DNA of 64,000 nucleotides, from NCBI GenBank assembly GCA_038126235.1, contig JAYPFK010000011.1:81863-145862 (forward strand), read 5' to 3'. Made by a program: the position numbers and the translations under genes. This document shows, one piece after another, positions 48,573 to 57,831 of this stretch; positions within the stretch are counted from its first letter, which is position 1, and each line of letters opens with the position of its first letter. The notes beneath the pieces are model-generated. The model was not told where the DNA came from. It saw only the letters and a program-made list of their open reading frames with translations, and did not search any database. Source of the stretch: Verrucomicrobiales bacterium (GTDB lineage Bacteria; Verrucomicrobiota; Verrucomicrobiia; Limisphaerales; JAYPEY01).

Positions 48573-51248
48573 ATGACCTTCCTTCAGCGTTCCTTTGTCC
48601 GTCTCGCCGCCCTTCTTTCGTTCGCCGGCCTGACCTCCCTGCCGGCCGCCGCACCGCCGCGCGTGGCCGACGTGGAGGCGCAACCGCTGCTCTCACAGGT
48701 GAAGCGGCTGCAGGAAGCCCTGACCTATCTCGGCGCGCCCCTCCCCTCCTCGACCCGAACCGCGCTTGCCGCCGCCGCCCGCGAAACGGACGACGCCTTG
48801 GTCGCGCGCCTGGTCCAGGACGCGTTGGATCCCCGGTGCATCGCGGCGGTGACCGTCGGCGGCGACGGCCGACTGGCGGTGACTCCCGCCGGCGGGCCGG
48901 TCGAGCTCCAGGAACAAGGTTGGCGCACGCATCTGGTGAAGGTGATCAACCGGGCCGGGGCGGCGGCCACGCTGCGGGCGTCCAGCCCGAATGCCGGCCC
49001 GCTGCCCAACGCTCCGGCGGACCAGGTCGCGCAACGCTGGCTCGACCTCCAACTCTACAACAGCCGCCCCCTGAAACCGAAGCTCAGCGGCCTGCAGCTG
49101 GAGTACCGCATCATCCAGCTCTATAGCCGGGATGCGGGACGGCGGACGGCGGAGATCGCCTTCAACCTCGGCAGACCCGAGCTCCCCGACCTCGCCGGCC
49201 TGAGCGAGGAAACCCGCCGCACCGGAATCATCCGGGAGTGGAACTTCGACAGCGACATGGAGGGCTGGTTCGTCCAGCGGCACATGGAGATGGAAGCCAG
49301 GGACGGCGCGCTCAAGGGCAGAACGACCGGCAATGACCCGTCGTTCTCCACCCGCGTCCGCGCTCCCGGCGGGAGAATGACGGTCCGCTTCAGCGTCAAG
49401 GCGGACAAGGGCTCGCTCGGCCAGGTGTTCTGGTGGACGACCGACCGGCCCCGCCCCGACGGCGAGCGCCGCGTCAACTTCATGCTCGAACGCAACGGCG
49501 GCCGCTGGAAGGAATACGAGATCGCCTTCGAAGCCGCGGGCGAACTGCGCGGCATCCGGCTCGACCTCGGCAGCGCGCCGGCCAACATCGAGGTGGACCG
49601 GGTCCAGCTTTCCTACGCGGACGCGCCGGGCGCGCAATGGACCGCCGCGAAGCTGGCCTTCAACGCCGTTCCGTCGCGGTCATTGAAGTTCAGGGTCCGC
49701 GACGAGAACGGCCATCCCTGCACCGCCGCCTTTGTCGTGGAGGATCGGGAGGGCCGCGTCTACCCCGCGCAAGCCAAACGTCTCGCCCCCGATTTCTTCT
49801 TCCACCCGCAGGTCTATCGCGCCGATGGCGAGACGTTGCGCCTGCCCGATGGCGGCTACACCATCCGTTGCTCGCGCGGTCCCGAATCTGTCCCCGAAAC
49901 GAAGACCCTGACCCTCGCCGGCGCCGACGCGGTTCTCGACTACCAGGTGCGCCGCTGGGTCGATCCGGCGAAGCGCGGGTGGTATTCCGGCGACCATCAC
50001 ATCCATGCGGCGGGCTGCCGCCATTACGTCAATCCGACCGAAGGCGTGCTCGCCAAAGACATGGCGCGCCACACCCAGGGCGAGGATCTCAAGATCGGCG
50101 CAAACCTCACCTGGGGACCAGGCTTCGATTATCAGAAGCAGTTCTTCACCGGCAGCCTCGACAAAGCCTCCAAGTATCCCTACCTGCTGCGCTACGACAT
50201 CGAGGTATCCGGTTTCGGCTCCCACCGTTCGGGGCACCTGTGCCTGCTGCGCCTGAGCAAGCAGATCTACCCGGGCGGCGACTCCAAGGACCACTGGCCG
50301 ACACTTGGGTTGAACACCCTGAAGTGGGCAAAACGCCAGGGGGCCATCACGGGGCCCGCGCACTCCGCCATCGGGCTCGCCCCCACCGCGCGGCGTGTTC
50401 CGGGGCGGGACGGCCCCGACAACCTGCCCAACTTCGCCATCCCCCGCCACGATGGCATCGGCGCCAACGAGTACATTGTGGACATCACCCACGAGGTCCC
50501 CGGCCCCGAGGGCCGGCCCGTTCCCGCGGTCGATTTCATCTCCACCATGGACACGGACCGCACGGCGGAATTCAACATGTGGTATCACACGCTCAACTGC
50601 GGCTTCCGGGTGCGCGCCAGCGGGGAGACGGATTTCCCCTGCATCAGCGGCGACCGCGTGGGCAAGGGGCGCGTCTACGCGAAGATCGATGGCAGGCTCG
50701 ATTACGAACGTTGGTGCGACGCGATCCGCGACGGCCGCAGCTACGTCAGCGATGGCTTCAGCCACCTGATGGACTTCACCGCCGCCGCCGGAAAAACCGT
50801 CACGCCCCTCGGCGAGAACGGAAGCGAACTGCGGCTGAACAAACCGGGCAAGGTCCGGCTTGCCGCCGTCGCTGCCGCGCGTTTTGAGGACTCCCAACGG
50901 AAGGAGGCGAAGGTCGAGGTCGTGGTGAACGGTTATCCGGTCACCCAACGCGCGATTCCGGCGGACGGCTCCGAACACCGGTTGACCTTCGATGTCGCCA
51001 TCGACCACAGCAGCTGGATCGCCCTGCGGATCTTCCCCTCGTCGCACACCAATCCCATCTTCGTCCCGGTCGGCGACAAGAAGATCCAATCCCGCCGCAG
51101 CGCGCAGTGGTTCCTCACCAGTGTCGATCAGCTCTGGTCGCAGAAGGAGCGGACCTACGACGCGGACGAACTGGAAGATGCGCGCGATGCCTACGATCAC
51201 GCCCGAAGCGTCTACCGGAGACTCGTGAACGAGGCCGTGCGCGATTGA
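48573..51248 (+). CDS. Large secreted protein with C-terminal PHP-like (CehA/McbA-type) metallohydrolase region
   Basis: Signal peptide. About 450 aa of unassigned N-terminal sequence. Then WYSGDHHIHAAGCRHY, a His-cluster pattern I associate with CehA/McbA-family PHP-like hydrolases. The family call is tentative. Confidence 0.5.
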   Translation: MTFLQRSFVRLAALLSFAGLTSLPAAAPPRVADVEAQPLLSQVKRLQEALTYLGAPLPSSTRTALAAAARETDDALVARLVQDALDPRCIAAVTVGGDGRLAVTPAGGPVELQEQGWRTHLVKVINRAGAAATLRASSPNAGPLPNAPADQVAQRWLDLQLYNSRPLKPKLSGLQLEYRIIQLYSRDAGRRTAEIAFNLGRPELPDLAGLSEETRRTGIIREWNFDSDMEGWFVQRHMEMEARDGALKGRTTGNDPSFSTRVRAPGGRMTVRFSVKADKGSLGQVFWWTTDRPRPDGERRVNFMLERNGGRWKEYEIAFEAAGELRGIRLDLGSAPANIEVDRVQLSYADAPGAQWTAAKLAFNAVPSRSLKFRVRDENGHPCTAAFVVEDREGRVYPAQAKRLAPDFFFHPQVYRADGETLRLPDGGYTIRCSRGPESVPETKTLTLAGADAVLDYQVRRWVDPAKRGWYSGDHHIHAAGCRHYVNPTEGVLAKDMARHTQGEDLKIGANLTWGPGFDYQKQFFTGSLDKASKYPYLLRYDIEVSGFGSHRSGHLCLLRLSKQIYPGGDSKDHWPTLGLNTLKWAKRQGAITGPAHSAIGLAPTARRVPGRDGPDNLPNFAIPRHDGIGANEYIVDITHEVPGPEGRPVPAVDFISTMDTDRTAEFNMWYHTLNCGFRVRASGETDFPCISGDRVGKGRVYAKIDGRLDYERWCDAIRDGRSYVSDGFSHLMDFTAAAGKTVTPLGENGSELRLNKPGKVRLAAVAAARFEDSQRKEAKVEVVVNGYPVTQRAIPADGSEHRLTFDVAIDHSSWIALRIFPSSHTNPIFVPVGDKKIQSRRSAQWFLTSVDQLWSQKERTYDADELEDARDAYDHARSVYRRLVNEAVRD

Positions 51249-51393
51249 ATGTCCGCGCCTGGAATTCGTCCCTTCAGCTGGACTTACAACGCCTTTGGCA
51301 TATTGTAATTGAACGGAACCAGCGGCCCGTCATGCTGCAAAACCGAATCGAAAGTCTTTTTGAACATTCCTCGACCTTCAACCTCACAAGATC

Positions 51394-51987
51394 ATGGACG
51401 GCATTGAAACTCTCCTGACTGTCTGCCTCGGAATCGGCCTGAGCGCCGCCTGCGGCTTCCGCGTCTTCGTTCCCATGCTCATCCTGAGCGTCGCCGCCAA
51501 ATCGGGTCACATCGGCCTGGCGAGCGGGTTTGACTGGATCGGCTCCACGCCCGCGCTGGTCACCTTCTCCGTCGCGACAGCGCTGGAGGTCGGCGCCTAC
51601 TACATCCCTTGGCTCGACAACCTCCTCGACAGCATGGCCTCGCCGACGGCTGTGGTCGCCGGCACGGTGGTCACGGCATCGGTTGTAACGGACGTTTCGC
51701 CGTTGATGCAATGGACCATGGCCCTGATCGCGGGCGGCGGCGCGGCGGGGGCTGTGCAGGCGGCGACGGTGCTGGTCCGGGGAGCCTCAACGGCGGGAAC
51801 AGGCGGCCTGGCGAACCCGATCGTCTCCACGGCCGAACTCGGCGGCTCGCTGCTCATGAGCGCCCTGTCCATCTTCCTTCCGCTGCTGGCGGTCGGACTG
51901 GCCGTGGGCGTGGTCGGCTTCGCCGGCTACAAGTTTCACAAGAGCCGGACGACCGGAAAACCAGCGCTCGACGAGCCCGCCGCCTGA
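51394..51987 (+). CDS. DUF4126 family membrane protein
   Basis: Gly/Ala-rich multi-TM protein. N-terminus LLTVCLGIGLSAACGFRVFVPMLILS and YYIPWLDNLLD pattern as in DUF4126 proteins. Confidence 0.7.
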   Translation: MDGIETLLTVCLGIGLSAACGFRVFVPMLILSVAAKSGHIGLASGFDWIGSTPALVTFSVATALEVGAYYIPWLDNLLDSMASPTAVVAGTVVTASVVTDVSPLMQWTMALIAGGGAAGAVQAATVLVRGASTAGTGGLANPIVSTAELGGSLLMSALSIFLPLLAVGLAVGVVGFAGYKFHKSRTTGKPALDEPAA

Positions 51988-52007
51988 CCGGCATCCGCCC
52001 TCCTTTC

Positions 52008-52046
52008 ATCCGCGTCGATTCCATCGGCGCGGATTTTTCTTTTTCC
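52008..52046 (+). terminator. Rho-independent terminator after the DUF4126 gene
   Basis: 12-bp stem ATCCGCGTCGAT-TCC-ATCGGCGCGGAT (one G-U pair) followed by TTTTCTTTTTCC, 21 nt after the stop. Confidence 0.8.
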
Positions 52047-52057
52047 TGAACAGGCGT

Positions 52058-52444
52058 TCAATCGGCATCCACGGGCGCAAACTCTTCCAGCACGCTGCGG
52101 GAGACATACTTCAGGGCCGCTTCGCTGGTGGCCTCCAGGATGACATTAGGCGCCTTGCCGGCGTCGTAGGCCTGCTTCCACCGCGGCGCGCAGAGACACC
52201 AGCGGTCGCCCGGTTTGATCCCCGGAAAACCGTATTGGGGAATGGGCGTGCTGAGATCGTTGCCCACCGACTTGGAATACTCGAGAAACTCGGCGGTCGC
52301 CAGGATGCAGACGGCGTGACAGCCATGGTCATGCGGGCCGGTGTTGCATCGGCCGTTGCGGTGGAATCCGGTCAACGGTTCGAGGCTGCAGGGCTGAAGC
52401 TCGCCTCCCAACACGTTCTTCTCTTCGTTGAAATCCATGGTCAA
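52058..52444 (-). CDS. DUF2237 family protein
   Basis: 128 aa. Motifs GFHRNGRCNTGPHDHGCHAVC and GDRWCLCAPRWKQA match the conserved Cys/His pattern of DUF2237. Confidence 0.75.
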   Translation of the reverse strand: MTMDFNEEKNVLGGELQPCSLEPLTGFHRNGRCNTGPHDHGCHAVCILATAEFLEYSKSVGNDLSTPIPQYGFPGIKPGDRWCLCAPRWKQAYDAGKAPNVILEATSEAALKYVSRSVLEEFAPVDAD

Positions 52445-52535
52445 AGGAGATACGCGGCGGCCGTTGTTTCGTCAACCGGAGGCTCGGGAGGAATCGAAGC
52501 GGAATCACGGTTGCGGCGAAACGCGCTCCAGGGAA

Positions 52536-52612
52536 AAAGGTAGGGCGAATTGTCCTCAATGAGCCGCGCCGGGACATGCTCACGTAGGCTCACTGAGGGT
52601 TGCCCCACCTTT
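52536..52612. repeat. Family-3 repeat, copy 2 (full hairpin form)
   Basis: The left arm is AAAGGTAGGGCGAATTGTCCTCAATGAGCC. The right arm GGCTCACTGAGGGTTGCCCCACCTTT has reverse complement AAAGGTGGGGCAACCCTCAGTGAGCC, so the two pair imperfectly. Confidence 0.75.
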
Positions 52613-52761
52613 GCGGTCATCTCGGCATTCTTCCCTTCATCAGCCCCTGGATTGAGATCGGCTTTCGCGCGCCTCCCGCAAATTACCTTGCGCGACCAAG
52701 CCCCCAAACGTATAGCGGAACCGCCTCAAACAGCTTTCCCAATGCAACGATTCGCAACCTC

Positions 52762-54114
52762 ATGAAAACCACCCGCCGCCAGTTCCTGCAGACCTCCGCC
52801 GTCGCTTCCGCCGCCTTCTCCCTGCCGTCCTTTGCCATCGGCAAGCCGGGCGAATCCGCGAACAACCGGATCAATGTCGCCGTCGTCGGCTGCGGCGGCA
52901 TGGGCGGCTACGCGGTCGGCGAGGCGTTGAAGCAGAATCCCGTGGCCTTCTGCGACGTGGACAACGAGCGCGCCGCCGGAGCCTTCAAGCGCGCCCCGGA
53001 CACCCGGCGCTTCAAGGACTTCCGCGTCATGCTCGACAAGATGGGCAAGGAAATCGACGCGGTCTGCATCTCCACGCCGGACCACACGCACTTCGCCGCC
53101 GCGATGGCGGCCATGGAACGCGGCAAGCATGTCTTCGTGCAGAAGCCGCTGACCCACAACATCTGGCAGGCGCGCACGCTGCGGAAGGCAGCAAAGCATT
53201 ACAAGGTCATCACCCAGATGGGCAACCAGGGCCACACCTTCGACGGCATGCGCCGCATCAAGGAATGGGTGGACGCCGGCGTGGTCGGCGATGTCCGCGA
53301 GGTGATCACCTGGACGAACCGCCCTTGCGCGCCCTGGTTCATCGCGCCGGAGGAATTCCCCATCCGGACGGAGGCCGCCCCCGCGACGCTGGATTGGAAT
53401 CTCTGGCAGGGGCCAGTGAAACATCGAAAGTTCAGCCGCGAATACGTTCCGATCAAATGGCGGTCCTGGTGGGACTACGGTTGCGGCGCCCTCGGCGACA
53501 TCGGCTGCCACACCTTCGACGCGCCGTTCTACTCGTTGGGCCTCGGCTCGCCGACGCGGGTGGAGATCGAGCGCGAGGATCCGCCAGGACCGGGCTTCAT
53601 CCCGATGAAATCCGTCGTCACCTACCATTTCCCGGCGCGCGGAAACAAACCGCCGGTCGTGATGAAGTGGTATGAGGCCGGCTACGAAGTGCCCAAGCCG
53701 AAGCGCTGGGACAAGGGCGAGCCCATTCCGCCCAAGGGAGGCATGTACATGGAGGGGACGAAGAACACCCTCTTCCACGAGGGCATGCGCCCGAACAAAC
53801 CCGTCCTCACGCCCGAGGCCCGCTTAGCCGAGATGGAGGGCGAACTCGACAAGATCGAGCGCCTGCCGTCCGTCGGCAACGGTCCCATCGACGAGTGGTT
53901 CCGCGCCATCAAGGGCGACGGCGCCCTGCCTGGCTCCAACTTCGACTACGCCGCGCCCCTGACCGAGATGGTCCTCCTCGGCGCCCTCGCCCAGCGCACC
54001 GGAAAGAACATCGAGTGGGACGCGAAAAACATGAAGGTCAAGGGCCAGCCCGAATTTGACGAACTCATCAAGGAGCCCGCGCTCAAGGAATTCCGTTACG
54101 GCGAGACGCTTTGA
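52762..54114 (+). CDS. Gfo/Idh/MocA family oxidoreductase with twin-arginine signal
   Basis: TAT signal MKTTRRQFLQTSAVASAAFSL. Rossmann motif INVAVVGCGGMGG. Motifs DAVCISTPDHTHF and KHVFVQKPL. Confidence 0.88.
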   Translation: MKTTRRQFLQTSAVASAAFSLPSFAIGKPGESANNRINVAVVGCGGMGGYAVGEALKQNPVAFCDVDNERAAGAFKRAPDTRRFKDFRVMLDKMGKEIDAVCISTPDHTHFAAAMAAMERGKHVFVQKPLTHNIWQARTLRKAAKHYKVITQMGNQGHTFDGMRRIKEWVDAGVVGDVREVITWTNRPCAPWFIAPEEFPIRTEAAPATLDWNLWQGPVKHRKFSREYVPIKWRSWWDYGCGALGDIGCHTFDAPFYSLGLGSPTRVEIEREDPPGPGFIPMKSVVTYHFPARGNKPPVVMKWYEAGYEVPKPKRWDKGEPIPPKGGMYMEGTKNTLFHEGMRPNKPVLTPEARLAEMEGELDKIERLPSVGNGPIDEWFRAIKGDGALPGSNFDYAAPLTEMVLLGALAQRTGKNIEWDAKNMKVKGQPEFDELIKEPALKEFRYGETL

Positions 54115-54186
54115 CGTTTGAACCGCGTATGGTGGGGCTTTCCGGGAAAACGCAACCGGACGCCCGTGTTTGCGGGACGCCGCCCG

Positions 54187-54301
54187 GAGCGCGCCTGTGT
54201 CCCGTCTTCGGGACCAGCCACAGCAACCACCGATCCGCGGGAGCTTGAAGACTGTCGAGGCGTTGGTTGTTGCCAACGCTGCTGCGGCTACAGCCGCGCT
54301 C
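54187..54301. repeat. MITE-like palindromic element, family 1, copy C (right arm truncated)
   Basis: Arms GAGCGCGCCTGTGTCCCGTCTTCGGGACCAGCCACAGCAAC and GCTGCTGCGGCTACAGCCGCGCTC. Lies between convergent genes. Confidence 0.75.
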
Positions 54302-54315
54302 CCTTCCCCCGCAGC

Positions 54316-55617
54316 TCAGATCGACCAACCCTTGCGGTAGATGTGCTGGATGAACTGGTCGGCCTCGGCGCAGTTGGTCGCCTTGAGGTTCTTCGCGTCC
54401 CATTCCAGTTTCCTGCCGGCGCGGAAGGCGACGTTGCCAAGCAGGGCGGCCTCGGTCAGCGGGCCGGAATACTCGAAGTGACAGGTGGTGGGGCCGCCGT
54501 TGAGGCAGGCCATGACCCATTCCTTGTGGTGGCCGATGGAATCCGGAATCCACGGCTCCGGCGCCTTGAAGCCGGCGAACTTGTCCTCCGGCAGCAGGAC
54601 GTGGCTCCCGTAGTTCGCGAGGAGCATGCCCTCGTTGCCGATGAACAGGACGCCGCTCTTGTAGCGCGCCGCGTATTTCTCCGGCAGACCGGCCGGACGT
54701 TTGCCGCCGTGATACCAGGTGAGATCGACGGGCGGTTGACCGAGGCGGGCGGCGTATTGATAGCGGACCTTGAGCCACGTCGGAACCCCGTAGGGATGAA
54801 CGTCAGGCCCCTCCGCCTCGATGGTGAGCGGGTATTTCAGATCCAGCGCCCAGAAGGGCAGGTCCATGTAGTGGCAGCCAAAGTCGCCGAGCTGGCCGCC
54901 GGAGAACATCCACCAGTCACGCCAGTTCTTGGGGACGTATTGCGAGCTGTAGGGAACCTCCGGCACGGGGCCGAGCCAGAGATCGAAGTCGATGTGCGAC
55001 GGGACCTGCTCCACTTCCGTGGGCAGCTCCTTGCCGCCGCGCCCGCCGGAAACCCAGACATGCACCTCGCCAACCTGCCCGATGGCGCCGGAACGGACGA
55101 GTTCCACCACGCGCCGGTAATTCGCGCCCGAGTGGATCTGCGTCCCGATCTGCGTGACGCGACGGTTCCGGACGGCGGCGTTGGTGATGGCGCGGACCTC
55201 GGAAAGCGTGCGGGCCAGCGGCTTTTCGCAGTAGACGTGGCGCCCGCCGTTCAACGCGGCGACGGCCGCCACGGCGTGCGTGTGGTCCGGAGTGCCGACG
55301 ACGATGGCGTCGAGATCCTTCTGCGCCAACAGCTCGCGGAAGTCGTGGTAGGTCTTCGCGTCGGGGTGCTCGTTGGCGGCGCGGTCGAGATAGTTGTTGT
55401 CGATGTCGCAGAGCGCGCCGACGTTGACGTGCTCCCACACATCGGAGACCCCCTTAAGGTCGGCGGCGGCACGGTTGGCCACGCCGATGAATCCGACGTT
55501 GAGCTTGCCGTTCGCCGATCCCTTGGCGAGCGAGACATAAGGCGCGGCCAGGGCGGCCGACGCGGCCAGGGCGGATTGCTTGAGGAAGGAACGGCGGGTG
55601 GTGGAGGTGGCTTTCAT
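54316..55617 (-). CDS. Gfo/Idh/MocA family oxidoreductase with twin-arginine signal
   Basis: TAT signal MKATSTTRRSFLKQSALAASAALA. Rossmann motif LNVGFIGVANRAA. Motifs DAIVVGTPDHTHA and RHVYCEKPL. Start at ATG 55617. Confidence 0.88.
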   Translation of the reverse strand: MKATSTTRRSFLKQSALAASAALAAPYVSLAKGSANGKLNVGFIGVANRAAADLKGVSDVWEHVNVGALCDIDNNYLDRAANEHPDAKTYHDFRELLAQKDLDAIVVGTPDHTHAVAAVAALNGGRHVYCEKPLARTLSEVRAITNAAVRNRRVTQIGTQIHSGANYRRVVELVRSGAIGQVGEVHVWVSGGRGGKELPTEVEQVPSHIDFDLWLGPVPEVPYSSQYVPKNWRDWWMFSGGQLGDFGCHYMDLPFWALDLKYPLTIEAEGPDVHPYGVPTWLKVRYQYAARLGQPPVDLTWYHGGKRPAGLPEKYAARYKSGVLFIGNEGMLLANYGSHVLLPEDKFAGFKAPEPWIPDSIGHHKEWVMACLNGGPTTCHFEYSGPLTEAALLGNVAFRAGRKLEWDAKNLKATNCAEADQFIQHIYRKGWSI

Positions 55618-55784
55618 GAATCGTCGTGGTCTGATCTTGAATGTCGGAGCTTCCGGCTTTGTCGAGCGTCCTCTGGTAACCACACCAGTCGACGGCGTCA
55701 ATCATTCCACGCCTTTCCCAAACGCGCCGGGAATCACTTTTTTCGAACCTTTCTTCCCGATGTCGGGACCGCAGACTGCACCGG

Positions 55785-57629
55785 ATGGAGAACAACGAAC
55801 AATCGAAGCGACGCCTCGTCTCCATATTCCAAGGCGTCAACTCAGCGCGACGGCTGGCCGTGTTCACTTGTCTTATCATCGGAACTGTGGCGTTCTCTAG
55901 AGCCTCCCTCAACGCGGCTCCCGCCAACAAGGCGCCGAAAACACCGGAAGAATATCGAAAGCAGGCCATGAAGCTGGAGGGCGACGCCTCCCGAGGCGCA
56001 ACGCTCTTCGCGGACGAACAACGCCTCGGCTGCTCGAAGTGTCATTCCACCGACGGCAGCGGCTCCAAGGCGGGCCCGGATTTGGCTTCGGTGGGGGATG
56101 TCTTCGCGCGGGGCGAACTCATCGACGCGGTGTTGACGCCTTCGTCCGCGATCGCTGTGGGCTACAGCACAACCCGCGTGACAACCAAGGCGGACGAAGA
56201 GGTGACGGGCGTGCTCAAGCAGGTGACGGGCGACTGAATCGAACTGGCGGTCGCGGACGGCAGCCGGATCCGCATCGCAACAAAGGACATCCGCCAACAA
56301 CAAGGCAGCGACCTTTCCCTCATGCCGGAGGGCCTGCAGACGTCGCTGAAGGCGCAGGAGTTTGCGGACCTCGTCGAGTTCCTTGTCAGCCGCAAGCAAC
56401 CTGCCAACGCGCTCACGACCCATCACGGCATGCCGGAGGTGATCCCGCAACTGGAGCGCTCCATCGAGTTGAACCCCTTCCTTTCCAAGGAGTTTCGCCT
56501 GCCGCCTCCGCCCAACGAACCGGCCCGGAAGAAACCTAAGACGGGCCTGATCTGGTTCGAACAGATCCCGGGGTTTCCGCAACGGTTCCTTGTCGCCCAC
56601 CAGGCCGGCGTCATCTGGTCGATCGACAAACGGGCCAAGGACGACGGCCGGCGGGTGTTCATCGACTTCTCCAGGGAGACCTACAGTGAGCGGGGCCCCA
56701 ACGGGCTGCTCGGCCTGACCTTCCATCCGAAGTTCCGGAAGAACCGGAAATACTACGTGAAGCGCCAGATCTTCGAGGCGGAGAAGATCTCAACGCTGCT
56801 GGAGGAACGGACGACCACCGCGGATGGCATGCGCGATTCCGGCCGCACGCCCCGGCTCCTGCTGAAGATAGCCGCCGTGGCCGAGCATCACAACGGCGGC
56901 TGCATCCAGTTCGGCCCGGACGGGTTCCTCTATTTCGGCATGGGCGACTCCGCCCCGAACTTCGATCCCCAGGGCTACGGCCACGATCTCGGTCTGCTCT
57001 TCGGCAAGATGCTGCGGATCGATGTCGATCATCAGGACGACGGCCTGCCCTACGCGATTCCCGCCGACAATCCGTTTCGCGAACGTCCCGGCGCGCGGCC
57101 GGAAATCTGGGCCTACGGGTTTCGCGAGCCCTGGCGCTTCAGCTTCGATTCCGCCACCGGCGAGCTCTGGGTGGCCGATCTGGGGCAGGAACGAGGCGAC
57201 GAGCTGGCCATCGTCCACCGCGGGAAAAACCACGGCTGGAATGTCTACGAAGGATTCGAACTGTTCTCGAACGGGCATCGCCGGGAAGGCGAGGTCTACA
57301 CGCCGCCGCTCTTCGCCTCACGCCGCCGGCACGGAGCCGCCATCATGGGCGGCCACGTCTACCACGGCGACAAGGGAGCCTCATTCCAAGGGGTCTACAT
57401 CTTCGGCGACCACCGGTCGAAGCGGATCTGGGGACTGACCCGGGACGGCGCCTCACTCAAGACCATCCGGCAACTGGGCGAATGTCCGCAGTCGATCACC
57501 GCCTTCGCCGCCGACGAACAGGGCAACCTCTATGTAGTCGGCTTCGAGGGCATGGTCTACCAGCTCGATTTCACCGGCGCTCGGTTCGACGGGCCGGTGA
57601 AGGCGGCCGAGGCGCCGTCCGCGCCGTGA
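55785..57629 (+). pseudogene. Cytochrome c (PVC-type CxxCH domain) fused to PQQ-dependent sugar dehydrogenase (SGDH-like), interrupted by one in-frame TGA at 56235-56237
   Basis: ORFs 55785..56237 and 56322..57629 share one reading frame. The 84 nt between them translate without further stops and continue the heme-domain consensus through SLMPEGL...FADLVEFL. Heme motif CSKCHSTDG. SGDH motifs HNGGCIQFGPDGFLYFGMGD, PADNPF, EIWAYGFREPWRFSFD and GKNHGWNVYEG. Confidence 0.75.
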
Positions 57630-57657
57630 AGCCGACGAAGCAGCGCGCTTGTCTGTG

Positions 57658-57716
57658 AAAGGTGGGGCGAATTGTCCCCAGTGAGCCGACGCGAGCCTGT
57701 CGGGACTCGGCTCACC
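57658..57716. repeat. Family-3 repeat, copy 3
   Basis: AAAGGTGGGGCGAATTGTCCCCAGTGAGCCGACGCGAGCCTGTCGGGACTCGGCTCACC. Contains the internal hairpin GTGAGCCGA...TCGGCTCAC. Confidence 0.75.
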
Positions 57717-57831
57717 AGGAACAGTTCGCGCGCCTTTCAACCCATCCGACTTGTCGAATTCCAGCTTGAATTCGGCCATCGGATGCAAAGAATCACGAGA
57801 ATCCCAAAAGCCGTTCCGTAGAACCCCTCTC

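Noticed and set aside
51296-51313. Sigma-54-like TGGCA element (TTGGCATATTGTAATTGAA) upstream of the DUF4126 gene.
   Set aside because: The -12 GC dinucleotide is absent at the required spacing: the sequence is TGGCAT-N5-AATT rather than TGGCAC-N5-TTGC.
56235-56237. Selenocysteine insertion at the in-frame TGA.
   Set aside because: The aligned position in paralogs is Ser or Val in a beta-strand-like stretch, not a redox Cys. I see no convincing SECIS hairpin with the expected spacing downstream, only a weak GCGGA...TCCGC pairing. TGA is used as an ordinary stop by many genes in the window. I keep it only as a low-probability alternative.
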